This document shows positions 46,901 to 60,479 of a stretch of DNA of 64,000 bases, piece after piece. Position 1 is the stretch's first letter. Every line of letters begins with the position of its first letter. This stretch comes from the human T2T-CHM13v2.0 reference genome, Homo sapiens: NCBI RefSeq assembly GCF_009914755.1, contig NC_060929.1. The stretch is one strand, 5' to 3'. The position numbers and the translations under genes are program-made. The notes beneath the pieces were generated by a model that worked only from the letters and a program-made list of their open reading frames with translations, was not told the origin of the DNA and did no database searches.

Positions 46901-49900
46901 TTACTTTCTTTCAAATGTAATGGACAGAATTTAGAAATATGGGACAATGGATTTTACTGTGGTTGCACACTGGGTATAAATGTGCTCTTTATAAATCTGT
47001 GCTAGGTGTTTCTCTCAGTCACCCAGCTGAGCAGCAGCATAATCATCATGTCATGTTCGATGGATTTTAAATTTTTTCTTCTCTTAGGGACAGCGTGAAT
47101 CTTTTTTACACAAAGATTTGAGCAAGAAATGTGATTCTTTAAAGAAATATATAGAACCGCTCTACTGGAAACACTCAACTTTTTCTTAACTGTTCTTTTT
47201 GACAGTCTGCTTCACATTATTCATATTCCTATAATTGTTTTATCCCGTTTTCTTTTTTGTTATAGAGGGCAATTTGGATAGTATATGTATGTCATGTATA
47301 CACGAATCTATTAAATATATTTTCTGTATTTTGGTTTTCCATTAGTTTTATGTACATTGTAGTTGGTGTTTATCTTTGTAAAAAGAATTCTGGTCTTGAA
47401 AATAAGTGTCTAAAACACTTAGGTTTATTAAAATGCATTCTTCATTCATATTCTTTATCTGCATTAGGTTAGTCCTAGACACCATGTAACAGATCTGCTT
47501 TAGAGTTGAAATATGTCACTAACTTTTGGTAAACTCTGGATTTCGTATCAAGATGATCGTCCAGTTATGTAGTCAGACACTTTGTTATGTAAGGGTTGTT
47601 CTGCCTTTCATCTTGGGCAAAAACTAGAAGGCTGTTTAGTACCTAGTAAAGTCTTTGTCATCTAAAAATAACATACTCTCTCTTAAGACTTTTCTTCTGT
47701 CTTTTCCCTTAAATTTGGAAGGCTAAGCACTTATTTTTAAGTTTTTCATTTTCCTGTGACTGTTTGACTTTTCATCCTGGCAGAAGGTATCTTTCTGATA
47801 TGTCCAGTCATTTTTTCCAGGAGGCATTTTAAATGGACCTGGCTCCTGGGAGTCTGCAATAAAGAGACAGAATAAATACCTCCCTTTTGATTATTGCTTA
47901 GAAAAAATTTCACACTATTCTTGCTGTTGACATGATACATTTTCACTAGGCTTACAAGATTATGTGTTTAAGAAATATTTCATTTATCTTTTATTTATAT
48001 GTGCTTCTCTATGTGCGTGTGTGTGCGCATGTGTTTGTGTATATGTGTGTGTGTATCATACTTCAAATTATATTTTTGCAGTATTTTCTTGCAAGTTACT
48101 TTCATAGTAACTTTTTAAATTTTCAGAGGGGATATTGATGAACTAGTATTAGACTTTTAGTGTTTTTACATGTAGTAAGTTTGTCTGAATATTTTACTTT
48201 CTTTTCTCCTAAGCATTTTATTTTTACTTTTACCTAAAAATGATGTATTTATGCCCAAATCTCTGTGTCTAAACTTGCAACTGCAATTTTATTATTGTGA
48301 TTATAGATTACCCTTCAACATGGAAATTTTTTGACCTGCATTTTGTTTTCTTGCCATTTGTGTTCTCTTTGCACTTTAGTACTTCATTAAACTTCCATAA
48401 TTTTCTTTTTGAACCATTAACAAATTTTGTGATTTGAAAAGTTTGAAAACCATGACTCTTATGAAAGAGTCACCAGACAACACTGTAGGTGAAATAGCTT
48501 AATAACTTCAAAGATTTTTCTATGCTTTTTAGTAATAAATTTTTGTTTTTCAATATTCCAAACTTGCTCTATAAGAAATTCTATATATTGTACAATAGAG
48601 AGACACCAGAGTTTCACAGTAGTGTCTATATTTTGTTCACAAGTTTTACAAATACAAAATTTTTAAATGGTATGCTAGCAATGGCTGACTATACATAGTC
48701 CTTCATTTTCATCCCAATCTTTGGACAATCTGATCTAGAAATTCCTGTGCTTTTAAAAGATAAAACTAAGACATAGTCTACTAATGTAAAGGTAACTAAT
48801 TTTTTTTGTATTGACACACTTAAAATGTGTTTTAAGAAGCCTTTCTAATGCTTTTGTTTATATTATCCACTCTCCTTAAAATGTTCATTTTGTTAAAATT
48901 GTGTTTAAATTTAGTATGAAAAATTATTTTGTTTTTAAATTGAAATTAAGATGGTCTCTAAATTAATTAATTCATGATATTTTAAGAAATCTTCCTATAA
49001 GAAATATTTGTTTAGTTGTCTTCAGAAATAAAAAATGTGGCGGTTTAAAAAATACTTGAAAATAGTGTTTAAAGTTTATTGCTTTATTTCTACTTTTTAA
49101 AAAATGTTTGAAGATATTACTTATATACACAAAAGTTACTTGGATAGCTAACTGAACTAAAACTAACTAAAAGTGACATTTTTAGTGAATGTTTGTGGTT
49201 TTTAACTATATGTCTATGCTATACAGTTTGATTAAGGATGTCGTCTTCTAAATCTTTTTAAACATCATTCTATCCTTGCATAATAATAATTTTTTAGTGA
49301 TACAGTTCATTGGTATTTCTTAGTTGTGTTCATCATCATATAAAGCTAGTGAATTGAGCATATTTTCAACAAGTCATATGGCCATTAGCACGCTCCCTAA
49401 CAGCTTACTTTATGCTTTTAGCAATTTGAAAGACATGTTATGATTTTCTTCACTTTTGTGAAGTATTATATGGGGAAAAAAGCCAGGAATAGAAGAGATC
49501 TAAAATATCTCCATTATCCAGGAAGGATAACTGTAACTTTGGCAAAGTTACAGATGTTGATGTACAGATTTGACACCTTTCCTTTGTATTTCTTTTTATA
49601 ATACAAAATCATTGATGGTATATGTAAGTTACAACTAAAGAAATGTGATTTTCAGGTATTTGCAAGCATTTTTATGCATGCATTGTGTAAAATCACATTG
49701 CATATCAGTGTAAGGATTTGTGCCCTTTTGAAAAGTGAAGGAAGAATTTACTTGTGTTACTATCATGAGGACTTTATTATTTTCTTTAATTTACAGAACA
49801 CTTATGTTCTGGTGCATGTTTTGGAGTGTATAAAAGTTTGTGTTTCCCATTTTAGCATGTGCTTTTGTAACTTTTACATATTAAATTTCCTCAAGTTCTA

Positions 49901-50101
49901 CTAAATTGAAGTATTTAGAAGTGGGGATAATAAACAATAAGCATGTATAAAGATTCTAGAAAATTCAAAACAAAACAGCTTTGTAATGTTCTTGGGAAAG
50001 GTGCTGTAATAGTTGCATGCTTGGGATTTGGGTTTTGTTGAGTTCAAATGTGAAGTTTATTTTCCATTAAGTATTTATCAATTTACACATTTTACTTGCA
50101 G

Positions 50102-50232
50102 GAGAAATTTTACAATTCCATGTGATAAGAACTTTCCCTGGTCGAGGAAATGTTACTGTTAACTGGAAAATTATTGGGCAAAATCTAGAACTCAATTTTG
50201 CTAACTTTAGCGGACAACTTTTCTTTCCTGAG
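50102..50232 (+). CDS. ADGRV1: ADGRV1 exon ~35 (131 nt)
   Basis: ttgcag|GA; GEILQFHVIRTFPGRG...LFFPE; donor GAG|GTAATA. Confidence 0.95.
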
Positions 50233-50825
50233 GTAATACTGCAAAGAAAAGTCGATCACAAATATCTAGAAAGAATGGTGTATTTTGAGGAAAATGGGAT
50301 AGAAAAGCAGCACTATTGTAGTTATTATCTTTCTCTCTTCTCCAGACCTACTTCGTATGAATTCTTTGATGATGTATTTAATTGTTTTTATCTTCCTTCT
50401 CATTGCCTCAATATTAAGCCAAGCCAATATTACCCTCTGCCTTGAGTAGTACATTGGACTTTTAATGACTAGTGTCCCTGCAGCACTTGTCTTCTTTTCT
50501 CTGCTCCAGTTTTTTCTACTCACCATTGTTGTAGAAACCTCTCCAACTTTGTGCTTTGAGATTTCCAATAGTGTTACATTGCTCAATAAATAAGATTTAT
50601 GTTCATTAGCTCAGCATTCAAGATCTTCCACAATTAGCCCCTGTCTGCTTGGAGCTTAGGTTCCCATGTGTCAGTGGTTTTTATTTATTTATTTTTAAGC
50701 CACAGAACTTTTGTTTAAATGAAAATATATTTGCCTGCACAATTTATAAGGTGAATAAAAATAAAGCAGGAGATAGTTCATATTCAATAACGACAGCGGG
50801 ATTGATTTCTTTCTGTATGACATAG

Positions 50826-50925
50826 GGGTCGTTGAATACAACATTGTTTGTGCATTTGTTGGATGACAACATTCCTGAGGAGAAAGAAGTATACCAAGTC
50901 ATTCTGTATGATGTCAGGACACAAG
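50826..50925 (+). CDS. ADGRV1: ADGRV1 exon ~36 (100 nt)
   Basis: acatag|GGG; GSLNTTLFVHLLDDNIPEEKE...VRTQ; donor G|GTAATT. Confidence 0.94.
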
Positions 50926-51242
50926 GTAATTCAGAATTTAATTTTAATTTTTTTTGGTATATTCTTTTCGTAAAAGAAAGAAAATTGTTATCTCTGTATT
51001 TAACAATTAGATGCATACCAATTTTTAAAATGTTACTTTATTATGTGTCCCCTAGAAATGTTAGATCAAAAAAAATTAGCACCATATGGGAATACTTATC
51101 TTTATAGACTAGGAAAGAAGCCCTGAAACGTTTTGCTAAATGGTTACTTACAGAATAAAATTCATTTCCGAAGGTAGAATTTTTTTGAAATTAATTTGAG
51201 ACTTACAAGCCAATTTGAATTTTGGACCAATTATATGGATAA

Positions 51243-51544
<302 letters not shown>

Positions 51545-51836
51545 CAAATTGAGTCATTTTTAAGCAAATTATCTGGGTACTTTCCTCAGTTTCTATTCAA
51601 TTTCTATAATTCTGATAACCAGTATAACCAATAATGACAGTAATATGTGAAGTAAAGAAATTCATGATCTTCCACCTGAAAGAAAAATGGAATGTGGCTT
51701 TTGTTAACCTGAAGATTTGTTAGAGAAGTAAATAGAACACTTTTGATTACCTTAATGTTTCAGAGAGTGAGGCTATGTTTCCAGCGATTAAAAGCTAATG
51801 CCAAATCACTGTTAGATTCCTGCCTGACATTTTTAG

Positions 51837-52016
51837 GAGTTCCACCAGCCGGAATCGCCCTGCTTGATGCTCAAGGATATGCAGCTGTCCTCACAGTAGA
51901 AGCCAGTGATGAACCACATGGAGTTTTAAATTTTGCTCTTTCATCAAGATTTGTGTTACTACAAGAGGCTAACATAACAATTCAGCTTTTCATCAACAGA
52001 GAATTTGGATCTCTAG
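51837..52016 (+). CDS. ADGRV1: ADGRV1 exon ~37 (180 nt)
   Basis: ttttag|GA; GVPPAGIALLD...REFGSL; donor G|GTTTGT; phase 1-1. Confidence 0.94.
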
Positions 52017-52667
52017 GTTTGTGTTACTCTAGAATGAATGGGGTTTCCAGGCAAGTGCTTATTAATATTCTACTTGTGTGGATGAAAGCCATTGCTAAAA
52101 TAAATCGGGGACAGGAGAAAATTAATATTTCTTCATTCAGGACAGAACTTTATAACTTCTTTATCTTTGAAAAGATTAAAGGAATTATCTGTTTTCACAG
52201 AAATGCTGTGTAATTAACAAACATAACATTTCAGCAGCATACAGTAATTTAGGCTGTCTGTGGGTCTACTAATCTACACTGGGCTTGGCCATGGGTGGCT
52301 CTATTCCATATGTCTGTCATTCTTCTCCGGGAACAAATGGTAGCACAAAAGACCAAGTGAAAATGTGTAAGGCCCCCTGAGGTCTAGGGTTAGAACCAGC
52401 ACATCATCATTTTTACCTTGTTCTATTGGCCAAAACAAGTCACATATCCAAATTCAAAGTCTAGAGGCAGGGAAATATGCTTTTCCCACAGTGAGACACC
52501 CATGAGCCATCACATGGTAAAGATTATGGATATAGGAAGGGGTGAGGAATTGGGACCAATAATACTAGCTACTAAAGGTGCTTTTAGGAAAGGCAAAAAA
52601 TTCACAAGGGGATATTATTGTAAACATTTAGATAATTATAAAACATTTTTGCAACCTATTCAATTAG

Positions 52668-52831
52668 GAGCTATCAATGTCACATATACCACGGTTCCTG
52701 GAATGCTGAGTCTGAAGAACCAAACAGTAGGAAACCTAGCAGAGCCAGAAGTTGATTTTGTCCCTATCATTGGCTTTCTGATTTTAGAAGAAGGGGAAAC
52801 AGCAGCAGCCATCAACATTACCATTCTTGAG
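52668..52831 (+). CDS. ADGRV1: ADGRV1 exon ~38 (164 nt)
   Basis: aattag|GA; GAINVTYTTVPG...INITILE; donor GAG|GTAAAA. Confidence 0.94.
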
Positions 52832-52879
52832 GTAAAACTCTTTTTTTTTTTTAATCTTAGGGGGAGATAGTTTAATAAG

Positions 52880-52982
52880 TTTTTTTTATTATACTTTAAG
52901 TTTTAGTGTACAAGTGCACAATGTGCAGGTTTGTTACATATATATACATGTGCCATGTTGGTGTGCTGCACCCATTAACTCG
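52880..52982 (-). mobile_element. ~100-bp L1PA 3' end fragment, about 50 nt downstream of the exon 38 donor
   Basis: ttattatactttaagtttt...gtgcacaatgtgcaggtttgttacat...cccattaactcg. Confidence 0.85.
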
Positions 52983-55252
52983 ATAACTCATATATTTTTC
53001 CTTATTATTGTATTAAACCTGAAGTAACTACATAGAAGGTAGAAATTGATGGAAGAGTCTATCTATAACATAAGTGGTAACATTTAGTAAGACACTTCTA
53101 GTAACTTTGCATTTTAAGACATCAAGTTTCATGAAAACTAAGTTTACCTGAGTTTTTTTCTATTAGTAAAAAAAAAAAAAAATTACTCTGACTTTAATAT
53201 CAGGTTTGGACACTCTACAATTATAATACCAGAAACCTGGTGAATTCTCTTCTGCTTGTTCCCCCTGCTGGTACCTTTAAATCATCTTATTTCTTTTCTT
53301 GATTTTGTTGTTGTTGTTGTTGTTTTAATCATACAGGGGTTTCTGTTCTTGTTTAGATAGACAGGCCTGCTGTTATGTATTTTATTACAGACATGTCCGT
53401 GATAAAGAATTTTCTTAGGGCAGTCACCTTTGAGATGCCATAGACCTAAGAGGTTTCAAGGAGTATTTTGATTACTTCAAAGGATTCTTTGGACCAGAAA
53501 ATCCGTGTATGTCAGAATCTTTGTTGGTAGTAGGACCACTTAAATTAGAGATAGGGAGAAACTCACCAGAGGCAGATGGCACAAAATGCGATTATGGTTA
53601 CATTAAGCTTAGCATAATCATTAATGATTGAAATTGCATTTTAAATAATTTTTCATATTGTGGAATCTCATGTTGTTTTGGGGACTTAGTGTATCAGTTA
53701 CCTAAATACAGTTCCAAGAGGTTTATAAAAATGGTACTCACGGAGGGAGTAGGAGATAGTGTGTAGGATAGGGGAAGGGAAAGAGGGAGAAAGCATGAAT
53801 ATTGCAGTTGAGAAAATATTTTTCAATTACTATGTATTTTGGGAGTTCTATTTTAAAATGTATTTTATTATCTTGGAGGCTTGTGCTTTTACAGAATTAT
53901 AAGTGGTGTAAACCATCTACCAACTGAAGTCAGTAACTTATTTTGTTGATTACTGTGGCACTGTGACCTAATATAACAGTATAAAAATTCCAAAGCTGTA
54001 AAATTAAAGGTAATATTATGTCAGTATATGGGATATAACACAAGATTTGATAAAGCTTTCAAGTAAGTTATCTTTCAAATGTATACTCTATTAATAACAA
54101 TATAAATAAATGGATTGATTATTCCTTAGATATGTTAGTTTTTAAAGCAGAGAATACACAGTCACCCTTCTTTTCTCTGAGGAGTCTAGATTTTTTTGAA
54201 CATTGGGTTTTTGTTTCCACCTTTATTTGATCCTAGATCTTTGCAACCTTTTCTGCTCCCTGATTAGCACTAAGATTAAGAGACTGCAGGCCTATGCATA
54301 TAGGAGCAAGCTGCCCTGGGGAGTGGTAGGGAGGAAGTATTGCGTGGGGGGTGGGGGACATTAAGAGTAGGCACAGCAGTCCTTCTATATCACTGACCTT
54401 GTAACTCATGTTGGTCCATATATTACATAAGACAATCTAGAGACCATGATTTTCACTTATATTTTCACATGGAAACATGACTCCATTAAATAAAGTGAGG
54501 AGAAAAGCATATGTTGGTGAGTGTGTACTGACATTATATATGCATAAATATACATACACATTGTGTTTCTTTGTAAATATTGATGGCTGGCTGATCACTC
54601 TTGACATGGATTTTGCTAATCCTTATGTTTTTGGTATCTGCCTTGTTTTCATTGCTATTATGTGGACTGGTGATTAATAATAATAGCTATTAATTTTAAA
54701 GCATTTTCTCTAGGCCACCCTACACATATGATTTGTGATCATTATTACAATCTCCCACCCAAAAGGAGCTATTATTGCCCCGTTATAGAGATAGTAGAAT
54801 TGGGAGTTCTAAAATTTAAGTAACTTACTTAAAATTATAGAATTTGGTACTAGGCCTCCTTGAACTGCAGAGCCTTTTTTTTTTTCCATGGTGTTCTATT
54901 CCTCCTTCTACACATTAGATATTAAGGTAATTTCAAATGTTTTGTTCATATTATGCTTAAAATAATTAGGCTTATATATTTATATAATTGGTTTACATAT
55001 TATATAAATCTATATTTAAAATGTTAAAATATTTAAGTGGTTTCATGTGGGTCAACCTAATTACTTCCTATACAACCAAGTATAAGTTTAATACGTTTAT
55101 GTTTATTTTTTCTAATTTACATCTGTCTACTTTATGGTTGCATTTTTGTATCTTCTGTATACTAATTATACAGTTTAATTTAAAAACAGTTTCTGAGGGT
55201 TAATTACTTTGAGAGTATAACTAAAGGAATTTAATGAGTGTAATTTTTTCAG

Positions 55253-55346
55253 GATGATGTACCAGAGCTAGAAGAATATTTCCTGGTGAATTTAACTTAC
55301 GTTGGACTTACCATGGCTGCTTCAACTTCATTTCCTCCCAGACTAG
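55253..55346 (+). CDS. ADGRV1: ADGRV1 exon ~39 (94 nt; not in ORF track)
   Basis: ttttcag|GAT; DDVPELEEYFLVNLTYVG...PPRL; donor G|GTATGA; completes the ILE|DDVPE Calx-beta motif. Confidence 0.94.
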
Positions 55347-56712
55347 GTATGAGGGGTTTCTTGTTTGTTTCTTTTTGCTCACTTCAAATGAAATGAAGAA
55401 ACTTCATTTTTGAATCAGAAGTGATCATTGTGCTGTTTTGTTAATCTTAGCTATGTGTTAAAATATGATGGGCTTTTATATTTATTTTTGATACTCTCAT
55501 ATATTGCAATTTTTACAATGAACAATGTAAAGACATTAAAAATTATTGTGTGATGCTCTTTAAATTTTACAACTATTTTATAAACAAATTTGTAATCCTC
55601 AAAATAGCTCTTTGGAAGGTATTTTCCTTTCATTTTCTTTTAAAATTAGCTGTTTTCAGTAGATCTCCAAACTCTCAGATGTTTTTATTTTCTTTTAGGT
55701 TAAGCAGTGCTGATATTTGCTTCTTTGTTGCTTTATTGTGTTCTCTGCTTCTTTCATGACCTTTTATCTTTTTCTTTTCATGCTTTTAGAAAAGACTCAG
55801 TTAATTCATTACAGACTGAAAGGTAAAACCTGAGCCTTGGTACAAACTTATCTAGATTCCTTTGAAAAGATGTATTCCTATGTTTAAACACAAACTCCTC
55901 TTTCAGTGTGGACATTTACTACTGGGAAATTTTGTCTGAAGCCTGTAGGTGTGATGGCCCACTAGAGGGTGGTGCTGAGTTGGTTAGAAGGAGTGCTGGA
56001 CAGGGGAAAGTTAATTTGGATTAAAGGAAGAGAAGCATGGCCAGGAGCAGTGGCCTGGGAAACAGGCATTCCTCATTCATTTCTGAAGCTCACTGTGATA
56101 ACTTTGAAAATATTGAAAGGAAATAATCAGTTTCTAACCTATTGTTTGAATAAATTCAGTTCTTTTGCTAAAGAAATAGATGATTCCAATGAGTAGGCTG
56201 TTTACATCAAGTATTATTACAAGATAATTATTATTCACACTAAGACAACTAACAAAACAATTCATATTTCTTTCATCCTCTTACTGAGATAATTTGAATA
56301 GTTAACTTCTGTTGAGTGGTTTCTAATGCTCCTATTTCAAGTGCTTTGTAGATTAGTAATATCATTACTTACATTCTTCTCATTTTACAGATGAGGTAGC
56401 TTAGGCTAAGAGAAGCTGCGTAATATGCCCCAAATCACACAGCTGGAGACTGGTAGAGCTGACTTCAATGGTGTGGTCTGATTTTAGAATCTCTGCTTTT
56501 TAGCCTCTTGTCTGATGGATGCAAACCCTGATTTTATATGCTTTCCTGGACAGTGTTGTTCTTTTCACTCTACAGAGAATTACACTCTCCCTACCCTTTC
56601 CCCATCCAGGCAGCTACCATAAGTGTCCTAGACTAAGGTAGCACCTCTGAAATTTAAAAGGTAAAGAACAAAGTATTAAAAACAAAAATCAAAACCAAAC
56701 CAAAACACTAAT

Positions 56713-56822
56713 CAGGAGCAGGATTAGTTAATATTTTAAGACTAGCCCAGGAGCAGGGTTAGTAATATTTTAAGACTGAAACCAAAAAGCCAACCAGGAG
56801 CAGAGTTAGTTAATATTTTAAG
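56713..56822. repeat. Three imperfect ~30-bp direct repeats CAGGAGCAGRRTTAGT(T)AATATTTTAAG
   Basis: Copies at 56713, 56748 and 56795 with short unequal spacers. Confidence 0.85.
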
Positions 56823-57417
56823 GTATTGGTAACATACTAAGTTTGGTGGATAGAATAAAAATAAAAAGGGAAGATAAGTTTACTTTGATATTAATCTCTC
56901 TTGACTTCACCAAACTTTTTCCCCATCTTTCCCATGTGTCTCTACTTCTGTTTGTGTCCATGTCTCTCTGTGTCTCTTTTGCACACCTCTGTTTTCTCTG
57001 TACCTTTCCTTGCACTTCTTTCATTTATTTTTCATTTTTTTTTGCTCTTTCTACTCCTTCCAACTGTCCCCATTTTCCTTTCCTCCTGAAATAGTGATAT
57101 TATAGAATAGAGATGCCAAATATGTTTTAACTAATTAAAATAATAGAAACAAAATAGTAATCTCAGTTGTTTATTATTTTATACTGTTCTCAGTTGATTA
57201 AATTTCTATAAATCAGTGGCTCTTGTTAGCCAAAAGTGTCCTTATTCAGACGTGATAAGCATTGTCTCTTTATTTTCTTAAACATCTTTTGAGTAATGTT
57301 GATAATACCTGTACATTATGAATTATATAATTTCAAAGGGACTGTCTTTAAATCCTATATCAAAAATATTTTTAATCATTTATATGTATTTTAAGATATG
57401 CTTCTATGTTTTTTAAG

Positions 57418-57496
57418 ATTCAGAAGGTTTGACTGCACAAGTTATTATTGATGCCAATGATGGGGCCCGAGGTGTAATTGAATGGCAACAAAGCAG
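57418..57496 (+). CDS. ADGRV1: ADGRV1 exon ~40 (79 nt; not in ORF track)
   Basis: ttttaag|AT; DSEGLTAQVIIDANDGARGVIEWQQS; donor AG|GTAAGG. Confidence 0.92.
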
Positions 57497-57620
57497 GTAA
57501 GGCCAAGGCTGCATGAGAGCCCTCTTCTGGGTTTCATATTATTTACTATCTACCAAATAAAAGTTTCTAAGGGAAAAATTAATTTTTTTTGTTTGTTTTT
57601 GTTTTTTTGCTATATTATAG

Positions 57621-57759
57621 GTTTGAAGTAAATGAAACCCATGGAAGTTTAACATTGGTAGCCCAGAGGAGCAGAGAACCTCTTGGCCATGTTTCCTTAT
57701 TTGTGTATGCTCAGAATTTGGAAGCACAAGTGGGGCTGGATTATATCTTCACCCCAATG
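57621..57759 (+). CDS. ADGRV1: ADGRV1 exon ~41 (139 nt)
   Basis: ttatag|G; RFEVNETHG...GLDYIFTPM; donor ATG|GTGGGT; preceded by a 124-nt intron. Confidence 0.94.
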
Positions 57760-58132
57760 GTGGGTCTCAAAATCTATCACAGATGACTTTTACAAATTAT
57801 TTTATAATCATTATTCCTTGAGAATTACAGTGATTTAGGTCCCATATAAATAAATTATTCTTAAAAACCATTGTATTTTTCACAGTAAATTAGGACAGAA
57901 GATTTCCTCATGGTAAAATAGTTCCCTTAACTATTTTAGTAAATATAAATTGAATTTTCATTACTATTCTAAATGTTATTCTGTATGCATTAACTATTTC
58001 ATTACAGTATTTGATACTAGAGAATACAAGCTGTAATATTAAAGAATTTATATCATTAGATAATCTTCCCAGAATGTTTCTTACACTTCACGAAAATTTT
58101 AACTCTTTCATTTCTTTGTTTTTGCTCACTGA

Positions 58133-58524
<392 letters not shown>

Positions 58525-58723
58525 CCCTCTTAATTTTTACTTTTTAAACTTAATGTTGCCAATTTAAATAAAAAGATATAAACCAAAATATAAGGAGACA
58601 AAATTCAATGTAAAATAGCTTATTCTTTACATTCACAACTATATTGTATTTCTTTCCAAACATTCTATAGAAACTCACAGTGTATATAAATATAATACAT
58701 TCTGCTTTTACCTTTTTGACCAG

Positions 58724-58865
58724 ATTCTTCATTTTGCTGATGGAGAAAGGTATAAAAATGTCAATATCATGATTCTTGATGATGACATTCCAGAAGGAGA
58801 TGAAAAATTTCAGCTGATTTTAACAAATCCTTCTCCTGGACTAGAGCTAGGGAAAAATACAATAG
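58724..58865 (+). CDS. ADGRV1: ADGRV1 exon ~42 (142 nt; not in ORF track)
   Basis: gaccag|ATT; ILHFADGERYKNVNIMILDDDIPEGDEKF...GKNTI; donor G|GTAATT. Confidence 0.94.
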
Positions 58866-60479
58866 GTAATTAATAATTTCTTATAAACAGCTTCCTCTCC
58901 TTCATGCTGGGTTCCTTAATATGGGGGAAGATGTAAAGGAATGAGAAAGTCTTGGTGGTTTTCTGTGCTTAAAATGAGAATGATTTTAAGTTAGAGCATT
59001 TCAGAATTCCTGTGTCTGTGTAACAGTGCCTCTCACGTGTGTATGTTGGTGTATATATGCATGTATGTAAAAGACAAAGTAGGTTGATACTACAGATAAT
59101 ATTATTTCCTCAGTTATTGTAGGATTATTTAATTTGTAGATGTCTTTCCTTTGGAATTTGAATTTTGTTCTGGTTTCCTACTTAGCAATAGAAGGAATTA
59201 CAAAGGTAGTAATTCTACCTTTGTAGAATTACTTTGTACCTTTGTACAAAGGAGTAAAGGAACTCCTTTAGTGTCATCTACTCTGTAGTATTTCCGCATA
59301 GTGTTGAGGTATACTGATACTTCAGACAGATTATGGGAGACGTAATTCTTGGTTGGAACAGTTTGATATTGTTGCTAAGAGTCATCCTACTCCATTGCTT
59401 GATAGGTATTGTGCTGACTGTTTAGAGAAGGTAAGAAAGAGACAAAGGAGAAAACTCGGGAACATACAGAACTTGAGGGTTGGAAGGGCTCTTAAAAAGT
59501 CACTTCCGTTCATTCTGATGATAGACAAGCCAAATGAATTTCAAGGATTGAATGCTGACTGACCCTTCAAACTCCTGTTTTAGTCAGTGGCTGAGCTGGT
59601 TTTTTTTAAAAAAAATTTTAGTTTGATGAATATTTGCATTCCTGAATTATTGGCCTTTATGGAGAAATTTGATTTGTAGTAGAAAATATAAAAGAATTCT
59701 GAGTAACCCAAGGATTGGTTTTTACTTTTCTTGCTATTTTGATAAAATACATTGATATTTCTAAGTCCCCAGAAGCCTTTTTTTTTTTTTTTGAGGCTGT
59801 GGCTGTTGTTTCAAGTTCAAAGAGTATATGTTTGAGATCAAATCATTTTCTTGTAGAACATAGTGGGGTGGTAAAGCGTTGTATGAATGAATACCATGTG
59901 TTGGTTGAGAATAGTCTATGTACAAATAACAGAAAACCCAATGCAAATGGATTTAAACACATATAATTTATTGGTTTATTTAACCTGAGGATACAGCGAC
60001 ATACACCTTTAGATGAGGCAGGAGCAGGACTTAATGCTGCCAGAGATCCTGAGGTTTTCTGTCTCTTTTCTTTGCCTTTTGGAATATTGGCTTCATTGCA
60101 AGGCTAATGTTATTCATTGTCATAAGATGGTGATCAGGACCATTCTTCTGCATTTCATATAACAGGAAAGAGAGAGTATTCAAATTCATGCATTCCTATA
60201 AGGTCCTTATAAAAATCTGATTGAAATTACATAGGTGACATGCCCACCTCCATGAGTAGGAGAAAGGAATATAGTATTGGGCTCTCTCAAGCTTACTTTA
60301 TATTTGTAATTTTCTATTTTTAAAGATTAAGAAATTCCTCAGAGCAAAAAGTGCTTTGACAGTGAGTCGTTTCTTAAACCATGCCCCATTGATTGACCTT
60401 GAGACTATTTCCAAACCCTTATAAAGTTTCAATAAATATCCTTTTACATAAATCTCTATATATGTGGATAATTAAGATT

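Noticed and set aside
54318-54357. G-rich stretch as a functional G-quadruplex
   Set aside because: Irregular loops, deep intronic, no supporting context.
56713-56822. CRISPR-like repeat-spacer pattern
   Set aside because: Only three imperfect copies, very short unequal spacers, no cas genes, mammalian intron.
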